From contig JAUCBJ010007477.1 in the NCBI GenBank assembly GCA_032718475.1, positions 1 through 64,000 on the forward strand: DNA of 64,000 nucleotides, given 5' to 3'. Within the stretch, counting starts at the first letter, position 1; every line of letters begins with the position of its first letter. The notes under the pieces are model-generated. The model ran no database searches and was not told where the DNA came from. It saw only the letters and a list, made by a program, of their open reading frames with translations. Both the position numbers and the translations under genes were made by a program. This document shows, in pieces, positions 22,469 to 32,664 of this stretch. The DNA comes from Nemertoderma westbladi. Taxonomy: Eukaryota; Animalia; Xenacoelomorpha.

Positions 22469-22830
22469 GTAATAAATTGACACCATAGTTCTCACTCTAA
22501 AATTGTGTTTGGATGTAAGGAAGAATTCATAGTGTCGATGAATAAATTCCCAATAAGGAATTGTTATAAATCACGAAAATTTCATGATTTATAACAATTC
22601 CTTATCGGGAATTCATTCATCGATACTAAAAATTCTCCCTCACATCCAAACGAGATTTCCTTTGAGTTACATAATTACGTTTAGAAACCCAATGTGGGAA
22701 TCAGTATCATTTATTCGAGTGTTTCCGACCAACGAATATACAACGAGTAAGATAATGAAGAAATTATTAAGGAAATAACACAATTTCAGAGTGAGAACAA
22801 AAAAAATTAGATGTGGTATCAATATATTAC
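22469..22830 (-). ncRNA. Candidate structured/hairpin RNA: outer stem enclosing a 72-bp inner stem (22507-22651)
   Basis: Inverted arms without indels; most mismatches are G-U compatible only on the minus strand. Confidence 0.5.
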
Positions 22831-23109
22831 CATGAAGATTACAAGTGATAAATTTTAATAAAAACCTTCAGTTATATATAAATTTCTGAATATGTGATGT
22901 GGCATAATCAACGTTGAAGAGATGGGATGTGGCATAATCAACGACGAATAAGAAAAGAGATGGGTTGCAATGTGGATGAATGGTTGGTTGGTTGTTGGTT
23001 GGTTGCGTGGATAGGAAATACGTGAAAGAATATGAATCATAGGGTTGCGGGTAATAATAATCAATAATTATAATAAAAACGCTCAGTATAATGTTAGTGG
23101 TAGTAGGTG

Positions 23110-23719
23110 ACGCGTGGCGGAATTTCATGTATCATACTGGGTGGTTGGTTGGTTGGTTTGGCGACAGCAGTCGAGTAGCTCTATCAGCGGAGGGTAAATC
23201 GTTGAGTTGGCAATCGATATAATATAATATAACGACTTGGTATATGCGTGTAGATGGCCACGTTGTCATTGTCGTCACCATATACAGTATGTGGAGGTGG
23301 TAGCGTGGCGAAAAGGGAATAATCGGAGGGTTAGGCAAGCATCGCTGTTGGTTGGATGGGTGGGTGGGTGGGTGGGTGGTGACAGCAGTCGATCGAATGG
23401 CGATGGGTTGGGGGCTAGCCATGCGTCGAGAGGTTTGGCTACGCGAAGATGAATATGCAATGGTTGGTTGATGCAATGACACGAATCAATACCGACGGGT
23501 GGTAACAGCTGTTGAGTAAGGTGGGCAACGCGAGGTTAGGCTACGCGTAGGTGAATACGCTACAATTGGTTGATGGTAACTACCTCGATGGTGACAGATG
23601 TAGCCAATTAAACGTCGTAATTTAGCACCGGAATTTGGCATTTTTAATAGTCCTCCGAGATGTAGCCCATAGCCCAAGCTAGGGAGGACTATGATGGGGA
23701 CCATGTTTCCTCTACTACT
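23110..23719. repeat. Right TIR of copy A1
   Basis: Reverse complement matches 54286-54915 closely; ends ACTACT. Confidence 0.88.
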
Positions 23720-24800
23720 ATCATCCGCATCTTCAAGGCTAGTGTCCTTTAAGATGCGTCTCAAGAAAGTCATGGGCTGTCCACCATGCTTATTCACTCC
23801 ATGAGGCTGCCAAAGTACAAGATTATGCACTGGCTGGTGCTCACGGCGAAAGCAATGTCCTGCAAAGCCAATTAATTCTTGGTGACTTCCAAATCCTGGA
23901 AAGCCCATTCAAGGCTGCCCATGCCTTTCCCTTACGTATTCGAAGGTCTTCACCTGACATCCGGATCCATGATCCCAGGTAGCAGAAGTCATCCACATGC
24001 TCAAGCATACCATCTTTTGAGCTTATTCTCATCCGATCAGAGACTTGCTGAGGACTTACAAAGTTAACTGTCAAAGTTTTGGTCTTTCTGGAGTTAATAA
24101 AAAGACCAACACTAGAAGCAGCATGTTCTAATGAGCTGAGGAGCCGTTGGGCTCCCTCTAGTGATTCTGAGAGTACTCCTAAGTCATCAGCAAAGTCTAG
24201 ATAAGTTAGGTACTTGGCAGGTTTTCCTCGACTTCTGGAGCCAGTAGGTGGAGTTATCATCACCCCATCATCATTATGATGATCTAAGGACATGCGTAGA
24301 ACATAGTCAACAACAATTATGAACAAGAATGGTGCAAGTGTGTCTCCCTGGAGGACGCCCCATAAAACTTCAAATGGTTCTGTGTCACCATCAACAGTAG
24401 ACACAAATGTTGTCGAACCATCGTATACTGATCTGATTGCTGCAATAATTTCATCAGGAATTCCATATAATGAAAGTATGCTGAACATACTTGAGCGAGA
24501 GACTGTATCAAAGGCCTTGAAGAAGTCAACAAAGATAATAGTCTTTCTTTTTTGATAACTCTTCAATTATCCTTCTAAGTGCCAAAATGGGCTCCATGGT
24601 CCCACGACCTTTACGGAACCCATTCTGATTTCCATGGAGCAGTCTCTCAATGGGATCCCTGATGCGAATTAATAAAATTCTATTGTATAGCTTTGCAGCA
24701 TTCGAGATCAATGAGATTCCCCGAAAAGAACCATAGAGTGTTAGGTTGCCCTTCTTGGGAACTGGCACCAACTTATTTGTTTTCATTTCTTGTGGGACTC
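23720..24800 (-). pseudogene. Non-LTR retrotransposon (RTE-like) reverse transcriptase fragment
   Basis: PVPKKG, FRGISL, QNGFRKGR, FVDFFKAFD, GVLQGDTLAPFLF, LDFADD, FCYLGS; frameshifts; cut by the A1 terminus. Confidence 0.9.
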
Positions 24801-25074
24801 TTGTTGTTGGTACATGTCAGTAGTAAGATGAACCCCTTTTCGGCGACAGTTGGACCAACTTCACAACTTTGGTGTTAAGTAGGTCATTAATTAATAAATA
24901 AATAAATTAATTAATTGGTTGATTAAACAATTAATTAATTGTTGATAATTAACAATTAATTAATTGTTTAATCGATCGATTTGTATCAAATAATGTTGCC
25001 AAATGCAATTTATTTTGACACAAATCAATCATATAGGGGACGCGCAATGAATAGATAGTACTACAGTAGGTAGG

Positions 25075-25590
25075 AGTAGTAGGAGAAGCATTGTCCTCAC
25101 CATAGTCCTCCCTAGCTTGGGCTATGGGCTGCATCTCGGAGGCAATTAAAAAATGCCAAATTCCAGTGCTAAATTCCAGTGTTTAATGACCATCTGTCAC
25201 CAACAGTATTGATTCACGTCGTTGCCTTGCCTTCAACCAATCGTTGCTTATTCACCTACGCGTAGCCTAACCTCGCGATGTCTGCCTTACCCCACCATAT
25301 GTCACCATCAGCAGTTACCATCAACCAATCGTAGCGTAGCCTAACCTCACGATGCCCGCCTTAATCGACTGTCTGACTAACCCTAATGTTATTCACCTTT
25401 TCACCACGTTACCACCACTGCCACGTTACCACCACCACTGTATACTGTATATGGTAACGATGTGGCCATCTACACGCATCATGCATATATTATATTATAT
25501 TGATTGCCAACTCCACGACTGCTGTCGCCAAATCAACAAACCAACCAGTATGATACATGAGATTCCGTCACGTTCCAGCTACGCGTATAC
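25075..25590. repeat. Left TIR of copy A2
   Basis: Outer ~195 bp almost perfectly inverted at 42870-43068; looser similarity further in. Confidence 0.88.
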
Positions 25591-25841
25591 GAGCATTAGT
25601 GATTATTATTATTACGCAGAACCAAATAATTTTTTTGTTCATACAGTAGTTCCCTACCAGCTAATCAACCAATCAATAAACCGAATTTAGGGTTTTTTTT
25701 TCAGTTTAAGACCTGTATTATTTTTGAAAATATCTTATATATAATCTCTTGCTTTAATCACAATTAATCATTTGTAATGGTTTTAGTTTAAAAGTTTTTA
25801 CTTTGTTTGTTTGTTTGATTTACAATAAAATAAATTAAATA

Positions 25842-26288
25842 ATGTCTTCTGATTCTGATATGGTTATGCCAATAGTAAGGCATTCATTTTTTGCAGAAGA
25901 TGGTCAAGCCTATATTGTTATTGATTATACAATTTACCGTCAGGGAGATGATAAATATAAAATTGAGTTTTCTGAAAAAGCCAGGAAAGTTTTAAGCTCA
26001 ATTGATATTGATGCTTCTGATAATAGTATTCATCTTTTAGATTACAACCTGAAAGCTGAGCATGGGGGAAAATTAACCAACATTTTACTATTATCCATGA
26101 TAGAGGGATTTATTGTTATTTCACAATACAACGAAGCTGGTGAAAAGTTTGAAATACGGCTAAATCGGCATAGCCCCTACCAAATTATAAAGTCTTTCTT
26201 TATTGTAATGATTTCAAAAGAATCCTTTGTCGAAACTGAAGAATCAACGGATAATGTTGAATATGTTGATAATATCATTGATTCTTGA
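25842..26288 (+). CDS. Hypothetical protein (first gene of family A)
   Basis: 148 aa, conserved in frame at 55173-55616. Confidence 0.75.
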   Translation: MSSDSDMVMPIVRHSFFAEDGQAYIVIDYTIYRQGDDKYKIEFSEKARKVLSSIDIDASDNSIHLLDYNLKAEHGGKLTNILLLSMIEGFIVISQYNEAGEKFEIRLNRHSPYQIIKSFFIVMISKESFVETEESTDNVEYVDNIIDS

Positions 26289-26459
26289 CTTTTCCCCCTA
26301 TATTATAAATATTTTATGATTATATATAAAATCTTGATATTTTTAAATAATCGAAAATTGTAGTAGTATTTGTATATACAGTATAACAGTTTTGTTTGTT
26401 GTTGTTGTTGTTGTTGTGTATTGTGGTAATTATTTTCAATTTACTTTAAAATTTGGAAA

Positions 26460-26912
26460 ATGGATATTTTAAATGAAAAATGTCCAGTTTGCTATTCTAA
26501 GTTATTGCAACAATATCGAGATTATTATAAATGTGAAAATAAACATGCAACTTGTGTACAATGTATTGTACAATATTCCGAAATGAATAATTATTGTTCT
26601 AAAATTTGTCCTATTTGTCGCGCACCCATATCTAAGTTTAATATAAAGTTGGCAAGATACCAACCCTATTATTGGAAAGAGCTTCGCAATATAACTTATA
26701 TTTCTGCGGAAAGTAATGATCCGGGAGATTTATTTACAATATTGGAGAATATTTTTTATAGAAATGTAGTACGACGGTGTTGCTATTATATTCCTTATTT
26801 TTTTAGCAGCGAACATAAAAAAATCATTAGTGCGAAATTCTCGGGAAGTGATTTCCAAACCGCCGATGTTACCTATCATTATTTCGCGTATAAAGATGCT
26901 CACCATGCTTGA
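26460..26912 (+). CDS. RING finger (C3HC4) protein, putative E3 ligase
   Basis: CPVC...CENKHATCVQC...CPICR. Confidence 0.85.
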   Translation: MDILNEKCPVCYSKLLQQYRDYYKCENKHATCVQCIVQYSEMNNYCSKICPICRAPISKFNIKLARYQPYYWKELRNITYISAESNDPGDLFTILENIFYRNVVRRCCYYIPYFFSSEHKKIISAKFSGSDFQTADVTYHYFAYKDAHHA

Positions 26913-27128
26913 AATTACATCAGTCTATACTATAATTGGAAATAGCACCTTTTGTTGCAGCGAGCGTCACATACTGTAGCTGCGTCATATGTTAATTAAA
27001 TATACAGTACTCTAATATTGTAGTTACCTCAATTATTGTTATATACATAGTAATGGTGATGGTTTATTGATATTGATATTTATATTATATTGTATTGTAT
27101 TGTTGATATATCTTAATAATAATAATAA

Positions 27129-28401
27129 ATGGCTGACTTTAATTCAGGTCCATATAATTTAAACTTTCAAATGGGAACAAGTATGATAATTTCTGGCCCA
27201 TCTGGTTCCGGAAAGTCAACATTTGTCAGTAATTTAATTAAACACAAGAATGGCTGCTTCAACGAAGCCCCCTTGCGAGTATTGTATTGTTACGGGAGCA
27301 ATCCCCCGACTATTCCCGGTATTACTCACCTTTACAAAGGCGTGCCCGAAAATATAGATAGATTAGTCAATAGTTGAGATTTATTAATTATAGATGATTT
27401 GTTAACAGAAACTGAGTCCAGTACAGCATTAACTGTATTGTTTACTAAGGTAGCTCATCATTCCAATATATTTATTTGTTTTATAACGCAAAACGTTTTA
27501 TATCACATCAGATTTTTCTGATGACGTAGATATTAAAGCCCAAACCAGGTCACTGTATTCACGTGCTAATATTTTAATTCGTAAATTTAATAAGTGCAGT
27601 AAATCGGTTAAACTTAAACTGTTCAATAGCTACTGTTGTAATATTTATTGTAATGCATTATGGGCCGATGTTTACTACAGTCAACAAATATTTAATAGCC
27701 TCAAGGTGGCCTTAACTAAATCTGTTAGGAAACTGTTTGGATATAGCAGCTATTGTAGTGCTAGTGAAATGTTAGTCACTCTAGGAATACGATCGGTTGT
27801 CCATATACACCGTTTTGCTTTACACAGTTTATTCTCACGAGTATCCACATCAACTAACGTCGTTATTCGTGCTGTCCGAGATAACTGTTTGTCTCAATCT
27901 GAGATGTTTAAGTCGTATCGCCGTTTACGGGTAGAGCCGAATTAATTTAATTATATTTTTTATTAGTTATATATTTTTATCATGCTATAGTAATTAATTC
28001 CGACATATTTTCATATTAATATAATTATTTATTGTGCACGTATATTTTAATATGTTCAACTGTGAATGAAATAAAATTGATATTAAAACATGTTTTACGG
28101 TGGGAAGCATAACCGCACAAGATCAATTAATAGCCATACTTTAGTATTAATGAAAAATCCGAGAGACAGTCTATCGGTTTTAAATTTCGCGAAGCAAATG
28201 TTACCAGGGCAGACCAAATTTTTAGTTGATTCCTATCAAGATGCAACAATTCAACCATTTTCACATTTCTTAATTGATTTACGACAGGAAACACCCGAAC
28301 ATTTAAGATTTAGATCGGATATATTTCGTAATCATAATTGTTACATTAAAAATTACATTGACTATAAACGTAGCGAAAATAATAATAATAATAATAATTA
28401 A
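27129..28401 (+). pseudogene. A32/FtsK-like packaging ATPase, premature stop and LINE insertion
   Basis: GPSGSGKS Walker A; CGA>TGA at 27375; intact orthologue at 56448. Confidence 0.9.
27495..28084 (+). mobile_element. 5'-truncated LINE 3' fragment inserted in the ATPase gene
   Basis: Absent in A3; AAAAC on both sides; encodes DDVDIKAQTRSLYSRANILIRKF...KLFNSYC RT C-terminal region; AATAAA near 3' end. Confidence 0.8.
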
Positions 28402-28441
28402 TAATTAATATTTTGTAACAATTTTCAATAATGTTGCAACA

Positions 28442-28825
28442 ATGAATAGACTTGTGCAGAAATATCGAAACGAACTGGAATTTCTACGCAGCGCTACCCC
28501 TCAACAAAGAACTTATTTTATTAACCATACCGCCAGTAACGAATTAATACGGCTCATTGTAAATACTGCATTAAATGTTCTAAAAGGTAACGTACAATTG
28601 ACCCCACATTCATTTAGAAATATTCGACGCTATAAGAAGGTATTGAAATCCCTCAACCGTAAAACAAAAAATATATCAAGTTACAGAAAAAAGTTAAGCA
28701 ATCAATCTGGAGGCATACTACCGTTTCTAATACCCTTACTCGGCATTGGTGCGAAACTCGCCGCGAGTGCCGGTGCCGCCGCCGCTGGAGCAGCTATTGC
28801 GAAAAAAATTAACCGTGGACGGTAA
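28442..28825 (+). CDS. Virion protein with protease site QSGG and amphipathic hydrophobic tail (candidate membrane-penetration/core protein)
   Basis: NQSGG-ILPFLIPLLGIGAKLAASAG, typical of the Maverick gene beside the ATPase. Confidence 0.7.
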   Translation: MNRLVQKYRNELEFLRSATPQQRTYFINHTASNELIRLIVNTALNVLKGNVQLTPHSFRNIRRYKKVLKSLNRKTKNISSYRKKLSNQSGGILPFLIPLLGIGAKLAASAGAAAAGAAIAKKINRGR

Positions 28826-28827
28826 TA

Positions 28828-28995
28828 ATGGTTAAAACAGGAGTAACATTTAGAAAATTATATTTAGTATCGAGTAAACCGTTAGCTACTGATTTAAAAC
28901 CTCAAGATATACCTAGAGTAAATACTACAAAAAGAAAACCCTTTAAAACATCAACTTTAAAGAAAATTAAAAAATTTCAGTTGTTCTTACGGTGA
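28828..28995 (+). CDS. Small basic protein (55 aa) missed by the ORF track
   Basis: MVKTGVTFRKLYLVSSKP...KKFQLFLR; frame kept in A3 (57555-57725) with a 3-nt indel. Confidence 0.6.
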   Translation: MVKTGVTFRKLYLVSSKPLATDLKPQDIPRVNTTKRKPFKTSTLKKIKKFQLFLR

Positions 28996-29046
28996 TGCCC
29001 TTTATAAGAGATTTGAATATACATATTACTTGCGGTTGTCGAAAAG

Positions 29047-30138
29047 ATGCCACGCAAGATGAAACCGATTTTAAGCCGAAGCTTAGACAAAAAACTGTTA
29101 AGAATTTATTTAGATCCTTCATCCCCTGCGGGATTTGCAAGTGTCGCAAAATTAGCAAAAGCTGCAAACATCAAACCAGCACAAGCCCAGAAATGGTTGA
29201 GCGGGCAAAAGACATACACCCTTCACGCTCCACGTAGACATCATTATCCAACATCTAAAATATTTACGGGAGGCTTAAAAGATATATATATGATAGATTT
29301 GGTGGATATGCAGCAATATAAATCGCAAAATAATAATTATAACTATATATTAACATGTATTGATGCCTTCAGTCGGCTTGCTTTTGGCTATGGTATGAAA
29401 ACAAAAAAGGGTATTGAAATTATTAGTATATTGCAAAAAATATTCCAGAAAGGAAAACCAAACAGAATCGCCACGGATCAAGGTTCTGAGTTTCTAAATA
29501 AATCTGTAAGGAAATATTTAGATACGTTAGGTATACAGTATTACGTAATGTACTCTGTGAATAAGGCGGCTATTGTCGAGAGATTCAATAGAACATTAAA
29601 AACAAAGATGTTCAAAATTTTCACGCAACGGGGAAATAATGTTTGGATAAAAATTTTACCTAAGCTTATCTCAGCTTATAATAGGTCATATCATAGGACA
29701 ATACAAATGACTCCCATTGAAGTTAATAAATTTAATGAAACTGAATTAATGAATAGATTATATGGGAAATATAGACAGATTAATCACAAGAAAATAAAAT
29801 TTAAAGTTGGAGATACAGTACGATTATCTATCGCTCGTACTGCTTTTGCTAAAGGCTATCGAGAACAATGGACACGTGAATTATTTATTATTCATCGCGT
29901 CAGGTTGGATAGAGTACCAGCGGTAATGTTCGATATTAAGGACAGCGCTGGAGCTATAATAAATGGCTCATTTTATTCATACGAACTCCAAAAGGTCCAC
30001 CCGAATAGTAATATTTATCTTCCGATTGACAAAAAAAATATTGGCAAACTTAAAGAACGTGTACGCAATGGGAAGAAAGAATATTTAGTCCGATTCATTG
30101 GATCCAAGAAACAGTCCTGGGTACAGCATATTCAATAA
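29047..30138 (+). CDS. Retroviral-like (rve) integrase with C-terminal chromodomain-like segment
   Basis: IDLVDM, CIDAFSR, TDQGSEF, VERFNRTLK, YNRSYHRTI; KEYLVRFIG...SWV. Confidence 0.95.
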   Translation: MPRKMKPILSRSLDKKLLRIYLDPSSPAGFASVAKLAKAANIKPAQAQKWLSGQKTYTLHAPRRHHYPTSKIFTGGLKDIYMIDLVDMQQYKSQNNNYNYILTCIDAFSRLAFGYGMKTKKGIEIISILQKIFQKGKPNRIATDQGSEFLNKSVRKYLDTLGIQYYVMYSVNKAAIVERFNRTLKTKMFKIFTQRGNNVWIKILPKLISAYNRSYHRTIQMTPIEVNKFNETELMNRLYGKYRQINHKKIKFKVGDTVRLSIARTAFAKGYREQWTRELFIIHRVRLDRVPAVMFDIKDSAGAIINGSFYSYELQKVHPNSNIYLPIDKKNIGKLKERVRNGKKEYLVRFIGSKKQSWVQHIQ

Positions 30139-30383
30139 GCTTAGGTTTATACTGTATATTAATTCATTTTGGTCGCATATGACCGTAATTAATCAATATT
30201 AACTCGAATGATATTACTATATCTATAGTTCATCCGCTTTAAATAAAGCCAGTAAAATATTGATCCCTCGCATATACTGTAGAAGATGCGACAATGAACG
30301 TGGTCACAGATGTCTATAATTTAACATTATACTGTATGTACAAAGGAGTCAAGTAGAGAGAGCGAGCTTAAATAATAATAATA

Positions 30384-31256
30384 ATGGCCACAGATACATA
30401 TATCACTCTACTTTCAGATAGCTCATTGAACACTTACCCCAATAATAATCCTAGCGAGTTTACTGTTGATTTAGCCGAAGAATTATATATTGGTCCAAAC
30501 GCCAAAATTGGGCTTGCCGAGCTTCAATATCAAGCAACATACAGTAATATTACGCTGCAAACTCAAATCTCGCTGTCAATCAGGGTAGATGCAAAAGATG
30601 CCAAATTATATAGTTTATTTCCTGGTATGCATAACTCTATTCAAGTGATTATTGATGATATAAATAAACTGTTTAATTCTGAAGCGAAATATAGAGATTT
30701 CGAATTCATTTTTAATACAAATAATTCTAGAATTAAATTTAAATTTCCTAAAATGTTGAAAAAAATACAATTAAGTCTACGTGGTGATTTAATACAAATT
30801 CTAGGCTTAAAACCGTTATTGGATCGGAATCATCCGGATATTCCGAATTGGGATATATACAGTACCACTATAGTAGATGAATTAAGCAATATAGAACAGC
30901 CGATATTAATTTTAAATTATAGCGGACCAAAAATTTCGGAAATTGGCATTTTAGATTTTCCAGCTCCCACAAATATAACACGTTATAAAGATACAATTTT
31001 CATATATACAGATATTATTAAGAGCTCATTTGTTGGCGACGCTTTAGCTCCGCTCTTAAGAACCTGCCCTTTAACGCAATTAAATCGAAAATATATTAAT
31101 CACGAATACGAGAGCATTTGCTATTTCCCATTGTTGAATAAAAAACTAAAAACAATATTAATTACTTTACGTGACGGCCAAGGCCAATTAATTAACTTCA
31201 GCGGAGGTCGCACTGTTATAACACTTAAGTTAATACGGGGTGGCGGTGATGGATGA
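30384..31256 (+). CDS. Minor capsid (penton-like) protein 1
   Basis: YITLLSDSS..YPNNNPSEFTVDL, IGLAEL, IFIYTDII...VGD..APLLR, ITLRDGQG. Confidence 0.85.
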   Translation: MATDTYITLLSDSSLNTYPNNNPSEFTVDLAEELYIGPNAKIGLAELQYQATYSNITLQTQISLSIRVDAKDAKLYSLFPGMHNSIQVIIDDINKLFNSEAKYRDFEFIFNTNNSRIKFKFPKMLKKIQLSLRGDLIQILGLKPLLDRNHPDIPNWDIYSTTIVDELSNIEQPILILNYSGPKISEIGILDFPAPTNITRYKDTIFIYTDIIKSSFVGDALAPLLRTCPLTQLNRKYINHEYESICYFPLLNKKLKTILITLRDGQGQLINFSGGRTVITLKLIRGGGDG

Positions 31257-32097
31257 ATTCTACGTTAGACTACCGAGTAACTCCTGTCCAATTGATTTTC
31301 CCCGCAATAGCGCTAGTAATTATCAGATCAATTTCCATGGCGCCTTACCTATAAACCCAAACGAAAACTGGGTGGTAGGTATAAAAAGTATATTTTACTT
31401 AGCAACGTTGCCGTCCATGTATAACAATGTAGAGAATGTTATTTTATTAAAAAAAGGGAAAAAAAATTTTGAGGATACACTTCCATCCGGTTTGTTCTAC
31501 AGTATCAATGACATTATAGATTATTTTAACACAGGGGCGTTGAAAGATAAATTACAAATAGTTGAAAATACTCAGCAAAATAGGTTGCAATTTATTTTAG
31601 GGAAAATTTTATTTATAGAGTTATTTATAGGCCAACAATTAGCCTACTATTTTGGAATTACTGAAAATAATCTCGGCGCGAATTTAAATCCAAATTTTAA
31701 AATTATTTTGAAGACGAAAAATAATATAAAGGGTTATTTAATAAAGGTTATCGGAAATGGAGAAAAAGCTTACCAGATGGTATTTTTATGTCCTCAACCA
31801 CCCTACTCTATTCCAGAACCTAAATCGAACATGTACGTGACTACTAATATAATTGAAAATCAATATATTAATGACTTTGGTTTAGCTTTACTTCGTCGTG
31901 TTGCGATACCTGATGACGTGAAATATGGTAGCGTAATAAATAAAGAATTTGTCAAGGATACAATTCATTATATCCCTGTAAAAAAATCATATAAGATAAC
32001 ATACATTCATATTGAAATAACAGACAAAGAAGGAAAAGATTTGAATTTTGAATACGGGACAACATCTATTACATTACACTTTAAAAAAATAAATTAA
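31249..32097 (+). CDS. Minor capsid (penton-like) protein 2
   Basis: FYVRLPSNS..FPRNSASNY, WVVGI, LLRRV, IEITDKEG...TLHF; ATG at 31249 overlaps the previous stop. Confidence 0.85.
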   Translation: MDEFYVRLPSNSCPIDFPRNSASNYQINFHGALPINPNENWVVGIKSIFYLATLPSMYNNVENVILLKKGKKNFEDTLPSGLFYSINDIIDYFNTGALKDKLQIVENTQQNRLQFILGKILFIELFIGQQLAYYFGITENNLGANLNPNFKIILKTKNNIKGYLIKVIGNGEKAYQMVFLCPQPPYSIPEPKSNMYVTTNIIENQYINDFGLALLRRVAIPDDVKYGSVINKEFVKDTIHYIPVKKSYKITYIHIEITDKEGKDLNFEYGTTSITLHFKKIN

Positions 32098-32098
32098 A

Positions 32099-32662
32099 AT
32101 GGATTCTGATTTATTTCAAAGATACAGTAAACCTCAATATGGGGGTGGTGCAGACTCTAATCTTGCTGTTTTAAAAGGCGGAAGAAGTACCAGAGGCTCG
32201 ACGCAAGTTCCTGTTTTTCGTGGTGGTTCATATATTGACCCTTACGGTCAACAAATTGGTGCATTTGGTCCAAACTTAAAACAACGTCGATTTCAACGTT
32301 ATCCTAGAGGTATGCGGGCAAATCAACACGGGGAAGGTATATTTACAGACGCTTTATCTACATTGAAAAAATTTGGTAAGCCATTAGCTAAAAAAGTTTT
32401 ACAAAAAGCTTTACCATTTACCACAAAATTTATGAGACAACACGTAATACCAAAAGGTAAGCGGGTCTTACATCAGCAGGCTAATACGGTTATTAATAAA
32501 GCATTAAATAAAATGAAACCGTCAACAAGGTCAGTTGTAGAAAAAGTTTATAGAGATTTAAAGCGACCCGCTAGACCAATGTCTATGAACATACATCATC
32601 GACGTAGTAAAAAGATAAATATAAAAGGCAAACTGAAACACTGCGAAAAAAGTATTTTTTAA
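32099..32662 (+). CDS. Basic core protein (pVII-like) with QxGG/QxGxG protease sites
   Basis: QYGG, QHGEG-IF then K/R-rich region; lies just before MCP. Confidence 0.7.
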   Translation: MDSDLFQRYSKPQYGGGADSNLAVLKGGRSTRGSTQVPVFRGGSYIDPYGQQIGAFGPNLKQRRFQRYPRGMRANQHGEGIFTDALSTLKKFGKPLAKKVLQKALPFTTKFMRQHVIPKGKRVLHQQANTVINKALNKMKPSTRSVVEKVYRDLKRPARPMSMNIHHRRSKKINIKGKLKHCEKSIF

Positions 32663-32664
32663 TA

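Larger units (their letters stand above)
4041..23719. mobile_element. Polinton family A copy A1, left part missing, carrying two nested DNA transposons
   Basis: Colinear with 31575-43068; ends in ...CTACTACT at 23719. Confidence 0.92.

Noticed and set aside
22855-23719. Short ORFs in the family A TIR region (also 25352-25690, 42334-43188, 54167-54747)
   Set aside because: Low-complexity TIR sequence; frames not conserved between copies
28992-29237. 81-aa ORF overlapping the integrase start
   Set aside because: Conservation is explained by the overlapping integrase frame and high copy identity
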